Of a stretch of 56,433 nucleotides of DNA, positions 37,741 to 51,339 are shown piece by piece. Location: NCBI RefSeq assembly GCF_001194135.2, contig NC_068986.1:79947521-80003953 (forward strand). The letters are read 5' to 3'. The DNA is from Octopus bimaculoides. Taxonomy: Eukaryota. Numbering within the stretch: position 1 is the first letter of the stretch; each line of letters opens with the position of its first letter. The translations under genes and the position numbers were made by a program. Below the pieces are notes generated by a model. It worked only from the letters and a program-made list of their open reading frames with translations, was not told the DNA's origin and did not search any database.

Positions 37741-40434
37741 GCCTAAGGCTGAGTACACACCGGCATATCAAGAATCATGGTTGTTTTAAATAAACCTATC
37801 GCTTAAACTGTACTCGCTATATATATGTTTTGATAAGTTCCCTTAAACAATTATTTTACCGTTTTTTCAAAACCAATACCGTAACATTTTCACACATCCA
37901 TCAATAGGTACACCACATCTAGAACCAACTTTTACTTAGATACAAATATTTATCAAATAACACCGCCTGTTGTTGGTCTTAATTTACATTCCTTAAAATA
38001 TCCTCAACCAATACGAAACTTCTTTCTCAGTTTGCTAATACGACTTTTAGTATACAACAGATTTTTCTCCATAACAACTGCAAGCTTATTTTGATATATA
38101 TTGTTAATATGACAAACATCCTGTAGAAAATTGTGTTATTTTGAAATATACATGTTTTGTTTTCATCTTTTTGTACATCTTACCAAGATTCTTTGCCAAA
38201 TAATTCAGAGGCTCTACCAACCTGTTTCTAACGCATGTTTTTACTTTTAGACATACATTTTTCACCAGCTACATCTTTTAACAAATATTGTTATCTGAAT
38301 ATTTTCATGATACATACAAGTTTTGTGCATCTTTGTACATCTTAATATGTTAAGGATTTTATTTTCTAGAATACTAAGCGTTAACGGTCTTCTCTTCATA
38401 TTATATTCGGTGTATTTGTACTTCTGTAATTTCCCTTAAACGTAATTAATTTGATATTTTCGAAACCAGTTTGCTAAATTTATACCATCTCACTTTCATA
38501 CATCTATCACTTGGCACACTTAATCTGGACCCAGTTTTTATATGCACTCGTTCTTTTAAATTACACCGCCTGCTGTTGGTTTTCGTTTATATAAGTTAAA
38601 ATATTATCAGCCAAAACAAAACTTTCCATAAACCAATACTGTCAGTATAACTTTTAAGTTATTTTTAACATGGCTCCAGTTCTCTTATTCCTTTAATAGA
38701 AGTGTTAAACGCAGTCGTGCATGGCGAACATTTCTCAGATCAAAGCAAAGAAGTTATGTTTTCATTGCTTTTTCAAATTACTGATACGATCCATTGGTGT
38801 TAAGTCCTGACAGAATTTGCACTTTCTCGGTGAGAGCAACCGGGATTTGGTTCCAGAACTTTCGGAACGGGAAAAGATACCACAATTCTAACAATTCTGC
38901 TATATAAACTCCATTGTTAACGAAAACTTCATATTCAAATGTCATTCATTAACCGTTTCACTAGTTCACATATAATATGCCTGTATTCCACCATAGACAC
39001 AATTTTCTCCCAACTTCCCTATCTCAACCTCATGTATGACCATACTTCCTTATTTCTGCTTCTGTTAACCATATATTGACTATATCCATCCCGTCCCACC
39101 CCACACGCACACTTTGATCATTTCTTTTGGTTTGTCTTAATTAAAATCTAGCGATAAATTTAGCACACATTGCAATTACTTTTCCTTCCTTCAATCTACC
39201 TAGCATTTTTATAAATGAAAAATATCTGTTCTATAACCACAGATTAAAACGACTTATTTAGTAAAACTTCGTAGTCATTGTCACGTCTTATCTGTGAGTA
39301 TGTAAAAGTGCGCGCGCATGTGTGTGTATAACGGTTTAAATCTTAAGACCAAAACATCAATCTAATATAAGCTTTGTGTCTATAAATTTGTAAAACTAAA
39401 GATACATTATTTTTTTCAACATCGACATGCTCCTACAGATACTAATGCACTAGTATATCGTCCCTGGTACTAAAGTGCTAAAGATGCTCACGTTGGCTCT
39501 CATAGTTACTTGTTAAGTCCAGTGAAAATACGTCTGACTGATGTTCAATAGGAGCTGTATTAGTATTTACAACACTACAATAATACTCTCGCACTGTTTT
39601 AGTAATATTCCTTGAGCCTAATTTTCATGAATCAGTGAAACAACTTAAATATTTTTTCTATTGAATCAATTAAGCACTTTATCCGTCGGTCGGTTTTACA
39701 TTAGTATCTGAATCTTGGATACTTTTTGTGCAGTCCACTGTGTTGTAGGAATTTGAACAACATCTTTGTTCTTATAAGAACTTGATGTCTGGATACACTA
39801 CTTCCCATGAGTCGTGGCTTCTTCCTCCCTACTCCCCGCCATTTTCAGAGGTCCTGTAAAAGTCACAGGATCTGTTCTTTCCCCTCGAAATAAGCCATAG
39901 AGAAAAAAGAGTTAACCCCTGTGTTTTCTTCTAATATAAGTTTATTTAGGATGATAGATGCATTGGATGACATGGTTGCTATATTTGGCAATATCACTTT
40001 ACATACTGTGTTGAAATCACACAGAGATCGACATTACCTTTCACCATTCTGGGGTCGATAAAACAAAGTGCACTTTATAAGTATTAAGGTCGATATAACT
40101 GACTGGTTTTTTTTTATGGAAATGTCGGTTATATTGACTTCGAAACCTATACTTTGAACCTATGTTTCCTCACACCATTTGACAGCCAGTGCTAGTTCAC
40201 TTAGGTCTCCGTAAGTTAGCGGTTTGGCAAAAGACACTGATGGAATCAGTAAGCACACTTCAAAAAGTAAGAACGGAGGTTGATTTATTTGATTAAAATC
40301 CCTTCAAGGCGATGTCCCAGTATGTCCACAATCCAATGACTGAAGCAAATAGAACATAAATGAAAGCAGTGAGGTGCTACGATAGAATGGATTGAGTAAT
40401 CATCCTTCCGCCTCAATGTGCGACCTTGCACGTG

Positions 40435-40982
40435 TTCTTTTACTCTTTTATTTGTTTCAGTTATTTGACAGCGGCCATCCTGAAGCACCACCTTAAGGGG
40501 TTTTAGTCGAACAAATCGACTCCAGGACTTATTCTTTGTGAGCCTAATACTTATTCTATCCATCGCTTTTCCCGAACCGCTAAGTTACGTTGACATAAAC
40601 ACACCAACATCGGTTGTCAAGCGATGGTAGGGGACAAACAGACACAAACACACAAATATATATATATTTAAATATACACGACGGGCTTCTTTCAGTTTCC
40701 ATCTATCAAATCCACTCACAAGGCTTTGGTTAGCCTGGGGCTCTAGTAGAAGAAACTTGCCCAAGGTGCCTTGCAGTAGAGGCTAAATACAGAACCTTGT
40801 GATTGGAAAGCAAACTTCTTACTACACAATCATGTCTGCATGGTAAGAAGCTTTCTTTCCAGCCATATGGTTCTTGGTTCAGTTCCACTACGTGGCACGT
40901 TGGGCAAGTGTCTTCTACTAGAGCCTCAGGCCGACCAAAGCCTTGTGAATGGATTTGGTAGCCGGAAACTGAAAGAAGCCTG

Positions 40983-41027
<45 letters not shown>

Positions 41028-41240
41028 GGAGTCTGATTGTCCCCCTCCCACTTAACAACTGGTGTTGGTGTGTTTACGTCCACGTAACTTAGCGTTTCGG
41101 CAAAAAGACATCGATACCAGGCTTCAAAAGAAAGGTAAAGTACTGGGGTGGATTCATTCGACTAAAAGACTCTTCATGGCGGTACCCCAGCATTGCCGCA
41201 GTGGAATGACTGAAACAGTTAAAACCTAAAAGATTAAAGA
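40435..41240. mobile_element. Head-to-head inverted pair of family B SINEs (about 40435-40830 -, 40838-41240 +)
   Basis: Family B = tRNA-like head, CORE-like ccttgggcaagtgtcttctactatagcc, internal (CA/TA)n, and a tail ending gactgaaacaagtaaaag. Both copies are near full length and meet at about 40832. Confidence 0.9.
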
Positions 41241-41829
41241 ACATACTTGACATCAATGAGTGAAGGTATTTAAAGGTTGTATGAATATCATCTATCATAT
41301 ATTACAATAAAAGAAATAAGGCCAATCTACATTCTTATGACTAACTTCTGTTTTCTTCTCAAAATAACCCGCTAACCACTATTCTTGAGGTTACATAGAG
41401 TTTATATAACGTCTACTCAGTTAAGTTAGTTAGCAAGCTTACCAATTTATTCGAATCCAACTAACACAAGCGCTAAATATAACTGGATGAAACACCAGCA
41501 GTATTGGTATGCTCTGCAGAATAATCGCTCAAGTTATTACTACTTCAACACTACAACCCTACTGGCGAAGTAATCTAATTTTATCTCCATGGAAATCTGA
41601 TATTAACTCGGTTTAGAGTGTGAACGTCATCACACAGTGCAACCGACGAGATATGCCAAATTTTCTTCACTATTATGCATCAGATTTTCGTATTGATTTT
41701 AGTATTTTCTCTTTTTGACAGCATTTTTCAACACAAGTTTCTGAATTGTTCAGTAATTTTCACCCTTTCCACCGTTACTTTAGTATACACACACAGATAC
41801 ACACATATACTATAATATGTTATATCATA

Positions 41830-41984
41830 TTATATATATATATATAGATATATATACATGCATAAATATTCGTATGTATATATATATATATGTATATATA
41901 TACACGTATATGTATGTATATATATATACGAATATTTATATATATATATATATGTGTGTGTGTATATATATATACACGTATATG

Positions 41985-42016
<32 letters not shown>

Positions 42017-42046
42017 CACGTATATGTATATATATACACGTATATG

Positions 42047-42078
<32 letters not shown>

Positions 42079-42578
42079 CACGTATATGTATATATATATA
42101 TATGTATATATATANNNNNNNNNNNNNNNNNNNNNNNNNNNNNNNNNNNNNNNNNNNNNNNNNNNNNNNNNNNNNNNNNNNNNNNNNNNNNNNNNNNNNN
42201 NNNNNNNNNNNNNNNNNNNNNNNNNNNNNNNNNNNNNNNNNNNNNNNNNNNNNNNNNNNNNNNNNNNNNNNNNNNNNNNNNNNNNNNNNNNNNNNNNNNN
42301 NNNNNNNNNNNNNNNNNNNNNNNNNNNNNNNNNNNNNNNNNNNNNNNNNNNNNNNNNNNNNNNNNNNNNNNNNNNNNNNNNNNNNNNNNNNNNNNNNNNN
42401 NNNNNNNNNNNNNNNNNNNNNNNNNNNNNNNNNNNNNNNNNNNNNNNNNNNNNNNNNNNNNNNNNNNNNNNNNNNNNNNNNNNNNNNNNNNNNNNNNNNN
42501 NNNNNNNNNNNNNNNNNNNNNNNNNNNNNNNNNNNNNNNNNNNNNNNNNNNNNNNNNNNNNNNNNNNNNNNNNNNNNN

Positions 42579-42613
<35 letters not shown>

Positions 42614-42765
42614 GTATATGTATATATATATAGATAATTCATACAAGAATATATATATGTATATATATATATATATATATACATACATACATACAGGAAT
42701 ACATACATACATGCATACATACATACATACATACATACATACATGCATGCATGCATACATACATA
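41830..42765. repeat. (TA)n-based minisatellite with TATACACGTATATG units, plus (TACA)n, spanning an N gap
   Basis: Repeated tatatacacgtatatg on both sides of the gap. Confidence 0.9.
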
Positions 42766-43075
42766 GACAGATAAACGTATTATTTGGTATTGTCGATCAA
42801 CTTAACGAAAAAACAACAAAACATTTCTTGATGGTGGGACCCTATACATCTAGTGAAGTAGATTTCGTTGATAATATTGGCTCGGCTCGCACTTCAAGTT
42901 TCGCATTATTGACTTATTTGACAAGTTGAATAAGCCATTAACAGCGAAACTTGAAGTCCCAGTCAAACCAATATTATCTATCTATGTGTCTACACATACA
43001 TACATAAATATATACATACATACATACACACACACAAACAGATTGTGTGTGTGTGTGTGTGCGTGTGTGTGTGTA

Positions 43076-43309
43076 CAGGGTGTCCATAAATTACCTTTAC
43101 AATAGTTGAAAATTTTTGAAAAAAGTGAAAGATAAGTATAACTCAGCCGAGTTTATTGGAAACCATACCCAAACAAATAAAGTTTTATTAGAAATATCAG
43201 AACACTTCCACATAGGCTTCATTGGATGCACGCAAGTTGACTGATGGAGCTCAACTCCAATAGATACAATAAATTGTGGAAGTTGTAATGATTATTTATG
43301 AACGCCCTG
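43076..43309. mobile_element. Tc1/mariner-superfamily MITE, 234 bp
   Basis: TA|cagggtgtccataaatta ... ttatttatgaacgccctg|TA. Confidence 0.75.
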
Positions 43310-43830
43310 TAAGTGTGTGTTCATACATTTATATATATATATATACTATCGATAGATGCATGCATCTGCCATCCATTTTACTCTCTTCCATTTGCTGTTT
43401 AATTAAAATTTTCCAACTGACAAGGGAAGTGCGATGACCGAGTAAATATGACTGCCAGTTTGGGGGTTGTTGATTCGTATCTTGTTTTAGGTGTTGAAAC
43501 TTTGATGAATATGCTTAACTAATGTTGCTTCGATTAAAAAAAAAGTCTTGAGTTGCTTTCACGATTAATAGTGTTATGAGATTTTGGAAATTAGATTAAC
43601 ATTTCGGTTACCTCTGCTCGAAAAGTAAACAATTTCATTCATTTATTTATCTGCTTTCTTTTTTGCGATGCATACGATGCTGCATCGTTAAGAAGCTTCC
43701 TTTGAAATTGCATGGCTTTGTGTTCAGTCCCACAGCACAGCCTCTTGGGCAAGTGTCTTTTACTATAGACCCGGGCCGACTAATTCCTTGAAAACGAATT
43801 TGGTAGACAGAAACTGTGCGAAAGCCATCG

Positions 43831-43863
<33 letters not shown>

Positions 43864-44124
43864 TCTGGGGTCGAACTAATCGACTAAACCCTTCAAGGCG
43901 GTACCCCATAATAGCTGTCGTCCAATGACTGAAACAAGTAAAAGATAAAAGATATGGAATCGTTCATTTGCGATTCTTGTGAAATGACTGCGGAAAGAGA
44001 GTTATCTAAACGTATTTGCTTCGATTTCCTATATCGTCTAATATCACCATATCCATAATTTTGGCCCCAGGAATATATCTTCAGAAATGCTTTTTTAAAA
44101 AGACATTGAAAGATTAAAGGCAAT

Positions 44125-44346
44125 CAATAATATTGTTTTCACATTTTGGCACAAGGCCAGCAATTTGGGGGCTGAGTTAAGTCAATTACATTGACCCAAT
44201 ACTCAACTGATACTTATTTAATCGATCCCGAAGAGATGAAAGGCAAAATTGACTTCGGCGGAAATTAAACTCAGAACGTAGAGACAGACGAAATACCGGT
44301 AAGCATTTTGCCCGGCGTGCTGAAGATTCAGCCGACTCGTCGCCTA
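44125..44346 (-). mobile_element. SINE family A
   Basis: ggcacaaggcc...aatcgatcccgaagagatgaaaggcaaaattgacttcggcgg...cgtcgcct. Confidence 0.85.
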
Positions 44347-47300
44347 GATCGACAATCATATTTGCTTCAACCTCGAAATAAATCCCACAAGATCATTTTA
44401 GAGTGAATATGCATCCCACAAGACCAACTTAGGGTAAATATAGATAATATAAGCCTTGCCGAGTACTAGTAACCTTCCAGTGAGCACAGTCTTCAATACA
44501 CATGTGAATACACTTGAACAATTTCATTTCATTTATTTTATTACCTTCAGGAGAAGTTTCCCCAAACTACTATACATTGAGGAAAAGTAACACCCACCAA
44601 ACTGACTGTTTCACGACACACTAGAAGTCAATGAAGGTAGTCACTTAGATGACTGTGCGATAATTTTATCGTGAGAGAACTGTTACACATTCCTGAAACC
44701 ACACGCAACCTGCAATCGTTATCTATGTATGACTTCAACGGCAAGGTAGAATGAAATGTTTGGGGAGATCTGGTGAGAGACTAAATAGCGAAGAATGATT
44801 TCTCCAGACTTAGAAGAGGAACTGAAATCAGAACTACTAAGGACCATGTGTTGAACCAACGAGAAAGCCTCTATATATTCGCTCGAATAGCTAGAAAGAG
44901 CAGCTACAATGCCTTAAAATAATACTACCACATTAAAATAATGGAAGGACACATTTGGTAATATGCATAATGGCAAAAATAGAATGGCCATGACGAAATG
45001 TCTTTGATCATAGGTCTTTTTTGTTCAGAACTAACATGGAGTTAGACAACAACGAACTATTTAGTCTAAAATTAACTACGCGTCAGTGTTAGAAAGCTGT
45101 ATTTCTTAACTGCCAAATAGATTGGGTCGTGGGAGAATAAAGCAACTCAGTCATGGAAACAGCGAAGTGCTAATGGCAGGATACGAAACACCACCGCTAT
45201 AGTGCAGTATTCTATATTTTTAACATTCTTCCATTATATATTTCTCTCTTTTAACTACCTATCTATCTATCTATCTGCTCATTTATACGTGAAAATGGTA
45301 AACTAACAATTGGTTAGGTGTTACAAGAAATATTCATTCTCATCAGATAAGGAAACAGTATTTCAAAAGGGACTCTTCTGCATCTTTGAGATGGGAATTA
45401 ACTTATTGGATTATCTTCGATCTTTTGTGTCAACCAATGCCACTTCGTCGCTACAGCCCAATGAATATAATCGTTGCTATTATGTTAAACTGTCGTATGT
45501 CCAAATTTGACCAAATGCTTTTTTTTTTTTTTTTTTGCAATACTTATTTGCCTGCAATAGCCGGTTCTTTGGGTCAAACTATCGTATCTCCAGCTGCTTT
45601 AGATGCCAAGATATCAAAAATTGTCAAAGTGTAGTTCAACGGCTTTGCTATGGAATGGTGAAATTATTTTCTTTTTTTTTTTTTTCGTTTTCTGTAAAAG
45701 CAACGTTTTGGACTTAGACAATTATGCATAATAGGAACGATTTATTTTGAAATACGTTATATTTTAAACTTTTACCGGTTAAAGAACAATGTTTAATGAT
45801 TGTGTTGGACATAACATGTAATCTTTAGTTTCTTTTTTTCTCTCTCTCTCTTTTAATTAAGTTCATCAATAAAATATATGAATTCATTCACGGCTATTAT
45901 TTATATCTACAACAAGTAACTTAAGCCTGCATATGAAGATATTTTCTTTCCATAAATTTCCATATTTGCAACCGAGAGAAGAAATAATCATTTTACAGGT
46001 TTTGTAATAAATGTCAACTCTAACTGACCTTTAAATTAGTGAATCATTAATACGATTTATATTGATGTCCTTTAAGTATCAAATCATCAATTGAGGCTGT
46101 GTAAACTAGGGGAATAATATTTCCATCAAAAGTATCAACATATATTAAGACCTCTATGTAGCACCTCAAGGAATGTAACAGCAAATTACGAGAAAAATTG
46201 TGAAAGACAAACACTGACAGACATACGGATGGACAGGTAGATAAATTATACGTATATAACTGGATGTATATATGTGTATATATGTATGTGTATATATATT
46301 GAGATTTCCTTGTTTCTTTCTTCTAAACTCTATAAAAATTTAGCTCATGATACCGAATCTCTATTAAATGTAGCTTTTGTTAATACTATACTTTTGCCTA
46401 AATAAACGTTTGGCAATCTAACAAAAGATAGTTTACGTTGTTACCTGACCTGATCAATTAACGAGCATACATCATTTTTAAAATAGTGACTACATATTTA
46501 AATCCTGAAACTTAGGTCAGCATGTTAACTACAAAAGATGAGATAACGACAGCAAAAATAGAATATAATAGAATAAAAATGGTATAGTGCTATTTACAAT
46601 GGCGTAATATATACATTGAAATTTAACATGATATACCATAAATGTTAAATTCTGAAGTTCTAACGCTGATAACATTCATAGCTGTTGGCACAAAGAAAAA
46701 ATTAGAAAGCAGATTTTTTAATATATATGTATAGGTAAGTAGAAATACGATACAAAAAAGGAGCTAACCGAGGATAACATCTAGCTGATTGTTCGACCTT
46801 TTGTTTATTGGATTAGGCAAGAGAAATGGACTATCTCCACGTCCTCAGATTAAATTCTACAACTTCAAATTATCTTCCATATTAATAGTTCGAAATAACA
46901 ATTGTAATATCATGCTACTCAGATTAATTTCTTCTGGGTGATATCTTGTAGACTATTATATAGATTCTTGCTGGATATATCATATGTACCATCCAAATTA
47001 TTCTCTAATTATTGTGATTCTGCATCGATTTCCACGGTGAACACAGCACTTAAACAAGATAAATAGTCATTCTTTTCATGGAAATCTCCACACTTTCGTT
47101 ATTTGATATTTCACTGTTATTCAGTTATTCTTGTATTGAAATATTTGTGCTATACGTCCATTCTCTTAACTGTTTGATATCGAGTTATTCTTTACCAAAT
47201 TCGCCACTGAGTGGTGTTAACATTTTAAATTCATATTGATTCACTGTTCTCCCTGACATGCAGTAAAGGCATTACTTTATCTTCAATTCTAATCTGAGTT

Positions 47301-47579
47301 AATCTCAGTATATCATGTAATTGCTAAATGTTGTTAGATAACAATGAATTGTTATCTATCAACCTTTAAATTATTTCTTACGTTCACTGGCAGAGTAACA
47401 AATCAACATTTGTTACTAATGTTAAATCCAAAGCCTGATTCTAGTGCTTCACATGATACAGCTAATGGCAATAGCAATGAGTTATGTCCTCTATCTAGAT
47501 TTTCGATTTCGAGAAAGTCTTTCGAAGAGAGAGAATTTAAATTGATATTTCAGTATATTATCAAATTTATGCTGCCATA

Positions 47580-48612
47580 CGAGGGTGGGCTGAAAAATTC
47601 ATAGGCTGACTGTGAAAGAGTGATGTTAGTGCTGTGAAATCTTGCATGTTTTACTTTCAGCTCTTCTTAATAATTGTATTGTTTCTTCCAGGTAAACTGA
47701 CCTTGAAAATGGATAAAATTTGACATCGTGGTGTTATCTAGCACCTGCAGAAAAAGCCCCCAATGACATTCACACTGATATGGTTGCTATATTAAGAGAT
47801 GACGCTCCGTCTTTATCAGCAGTGCACAATGAACAGCTGAATCTAGGAGGGGAACAGAGTATCTTGAAGATGACCCAAAGTCTGGATGTCCTGCAACTGA
47901 CTTCATCATGGAAAACATTGATCGTGTTAACCCCACGCTGAAGGATGACAGGCGATTGACTATAAATAAAATAGCCAATGCTATTAGCGTATCCCGTGAA
48001 AGAGTTAAGAATATTCTACACGTTGAACTTGTCATGACAAAGGCTTTTGCTCGATAGTTGACTCATCTAACACCTGATCAAAAGCGCACCAGGCTGATCG
48101 CATCGCGAAAAAATCTAACACTGAATGAGGCAGATCCAGCTGGTTTCTTTCTACGTTTGCTAACCCAGGATGAGTATTGGGTTCATCGCTTTGATCCAGT
48201 ACAAAAGAGACAATCCATGTAGTAAAAACATTCCTCTTCGCCAACTCCAAAAAAGGCCAAGGTCGTTTCGTCTGCAGAGAAGGAGTTGGCCTCAGTTTTC
48301 TGGAGTACGAAAAGCATTGTGTTTATTGACTATATTGAAAAGTGTCACACCATCAATGGAGTGTATTATGCCAACTTGTTGAGGCAGTTGCGAAAAACTA
48401 TTAAAACCAAACACCCAGCAAAATGGACAAAAGGGGTCTTGTTTCATCAGGCAATGTTCCAGCTCACAAGTTTCTGCTTTCAATGGCTGCTGTGCGTAAC
48501 TGTGCGTTTGAACGGGTTGATCACCCTCTCTATTCTCCTGATTTGGTCCCATCTGAATATTATCTGTTCCCCAACATGAAAAAACATTTGGCTAGGAAGT
48601 AGTATCGCAGTA
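47580..48612 (+). pseudogene. Decayed mariner transposon: left TIR plus frameshifted transposase, 3' truncated
   Basis: TA|CGAGGGTGGGCTGAAAAATTC start; ATG at 47709 (MDKI*HRGVI*HLQKK...DIHTDMV). Mariner motifs survive across frames: TQDEYW, ASVFW..K.IVFIDY, HQ(D)NVPAH, YSPDLVPSEYYLFPNMK. Multiple stops and frameshifts; no right TIR seen. Confidence 0.92.
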
Positions 48613-48719
48613 TGAACTTTTCAGCCGACTCTTGTATGTCTGTTAAAATTCCTTCATTTTTAAATTCAGATTATACAATAGAAGCAGTTTTATAATGTAA
48701 ACATTATCAGTACTACATA

Positions 48720-49080
48720 CTCAATGTAGGTGTGTTGTTTAAACGCCAGTAGTTGCGGTTTTCCGTCCGAGAAAAATCCTTTTAAAAACTTTAGTGTTAA
48801 AAAACATAATATACTTCAGAGCGAAGCGAAACTAAATCGCCCCAAAAGTAAGGCCGTGCACTCGAGTCACTTCCGAAATGAAATCTATCTACCGTGTAAA
48901 AAGCCTTTCTGATGTCAACGAAGAACGAAACTGCTTCGCAGATATTCCGTTTGAGAGTTCTTGTCAAAAAAAGGCAAGATACAACTCCAAAATTAAATCT
49001 AGTTGAAAGATTTATTGGCGCTATGCAGTGGGTATCAAGTTTGATCTTTAGTAAGTATAGGAACAGCTCCAAGTATGCTT
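48720..49080 (-). mobile_element. Degenerate LINE reverse-transcriptase fragment (CR1/L2/Jockey-like)
   Basis: AVSFFVDIRKAFYTVDR resembles the RT motif hFhDhxKAFDxVxH. A downstream segment (...FSDGKPQLLAFKQH) resembles FLxxRxQxVxxxG. Confidence 0.5.
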
Positions 49081-50014
49081 CGAATTTATTAAACTTTCTG
49101 AGTGAAGCACAGTTCTAATTATACTTAGCAGGTCTTAGAATGACTGAATGGATAAATATCTGAAGTGAAATTACCTTAATTAATGTAACACCTGTTGATA
49201 AAGCTACTATTATTTATTTTGTTATTCAAATTAGTACAACTGTTAAATTATATAATAGGAGTCTATTGCATATTCAGTATCTCACTTAGATAGAAAATGA
49301 TAATTTCTGATCCTAGACATTCAAGAAACAAAACTATTCGCTAAGAAAGCTAGAGCTAATCAACCATAAAAATTACTTTATCTGCAGAGCTTGATATCTA
49401 TAAAAAAATATAAGTTCGACCTTTGTAATACAAGATATAAAATGCATCTTGCATCAAAGGCCTGATGTCTTTGATTTATAAATAGATGTTAGGATACAGC
49501 AAGATAAAATTTCTAAATAAGAAAACGGTGGTTGTCTTGCTCTCTGACTTAGTAACGTGCAACTGGGAGTGCTAAGCAACTGCTGCACTGATATGCAGCT
49601 ATATAACTAATCGCTCTGCAAACAAGCATACTTCATTTACCACAACACTCGTTAGATTTACGGCTTAACAAGCAAACTGTTTTAACATGAAAGCTTGTTT
49701 CAAAAGAAACTGGTTTGAAAAGTGGATTTCTATAAATTAAGCAATCTAGTGATAAAATTGTCGATTAAAAAATAAATCTATGTACATTTTGTGGGGGCAT
49801 TCATTTAAATCCATAAAAGAAAATAAAAACAAGATATTCGAGAAAAAGGTTATCGGAGAAACTTTAGAAGTTACAGATAGTCTCATAAATTTAGTTCAGA
49901 AAAGAATATGTTGAAGACGAAGGTTTAACAAAAGGCCGCTTGTATTTTGTTGGTGTTTATCATACTATTCTTAACCACCAATATACCTTGAATTTCCATT
50001 TATATTAGAGGTTT

Positions 50015-50460
50015 AAGGCGGTAAACTGACAGAGTCATTAGCACGCCGGAAAAAAATATTTAGTGGCGTTTCTTCCGGATTTACGTTCTGAATTGAAATG
50101 CCGAGCTCTATTTCGCCTTTCATCCAATCAGGGTCGATGACATAAATACCAATTGAACATTGGAGTCGATGTAACCAGCTTTCCCTATCCCCTAATATCG
50201 CTGACCTTGTGCCAAAATCCAAAACCAATTGAAGGAATATTCTTTTCTTTTCTACACTAGGCACAAGGCGCGAGATTTTGGGGGAGGGAGCCAGTCACTT
50301 AGATCGATCCAAGAATGCAACTGGTACTTAATTTATCGACCCCGATAGGATGAAAGACAAATTCCACCTCGGCGGAATTTGAACTCAGGACGTAAAGACG
50401 GACGAAATACGGCTAAGCATTTCGCCCGACGTGCTAACGTTTCTGCCAGCTCACCGCCTT
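50015..50460. mobile_element. Tail-to-tail inverted pair of family A SINEs (50015-50230 +, 50238-50460 -)
   Basis: Starts aaggcggtaaactgacagagtcattagcacgccgg and ends cccgacgtgctaacgtttctgccagctcaccgcctt. Confidence 0.88.
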
Positions 50461-51339
50461 CAATTAGATGAATATTGAAAGAGAAATTATATGAAAAAGA
50501 AAACAATGAGGTGATTAAGCGATACAACAGAATGCTTTAGTAGAACAGTTCTTGATAAAATCATTTACTAAATTTTGTGTGTCTACAAAAGAATCGGTTT
50601 GCAAAAATAAGTAACTAAAAATTTAAAATACACAACCGATCGTCCTAGAGAGACACATTAGATATTGCGTTGTTTTACTGAATGCGTGAGTAAAAAGACA
50701 AGAATGGTCAAGGTTGAAATAATAGATCCATTCGATCAGGGTGTATGTGCCAATATGTATTAACGTTGCGGATACTAACATATAGGATTATATGTTATAC
50801 TGGGATTAAAATCATCCTTTTTTATATATATCAAAAGAAAATTTAGAGAAAAATAATTATATCATAAAGGTGACTGCCATCTTTATGATTATATATATAT
50901 AAATATATTAAATTATATAAATAACAGAGGAGCAGGTAATTATGCAATGAACTACATTAGCTTATAGCTGTCTCTGCTATAAGATTCTGTAGTTGAAAGA
51001 TCAGAGTTGATGGTGTTAAAGGAAAAGTATGAGAAGGAATATTTTGTGCTGTTTTAAAGAGGACGTATACAATGGCTTTCAGTATGGAACACAAGACGTG
51101 TGTAAGAAATAAAGTGGAGAATTAAAAGTTTATAATTACAGTGTAAAAAAATATGATGGGAGAGTAGCAATGTAAAAGATATTATATAATATTAAATATA
51201 ATAATATTATTGAATCTAAAAAGTTATTGAAATTTCTGAGTATAGATCCTGTATAACAATGCAAAAAGTAGGTTACGGAGAAAAATTCTATTGTATTTTT
51301 TTCTCATAAAATGTGTATAAATTAGAATAAAGATATTTT

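Noticed and set aside
41450-41520. Minus-strand acceptor/donor pair (ctgcag|AGC...TTG|gtaagc)
   Set aside because: Only one frame is open, it encodes no PDZ-like sequence and ends in the wrong phase. It could at most be a UTR exon, which the sequence alone cannot support.
41817-42929. 250-370 aa YI/HT/CV-type ORFs (also at about 17.4-18.1, 23.8-24.3, 34.3-35.2 and 54.0-54.6 kb)
   Set aside because: Dinucleotide repeats plus N runs lack stop codons.
47400-47560. Minus-strand peptide containing SGFGFNIS, resembling a PDZ binding loop (possible missing first exon)
   Set aside because: A stop follows three codons later, there is no Met, and no phase-0 donor fits the PDZ exon.
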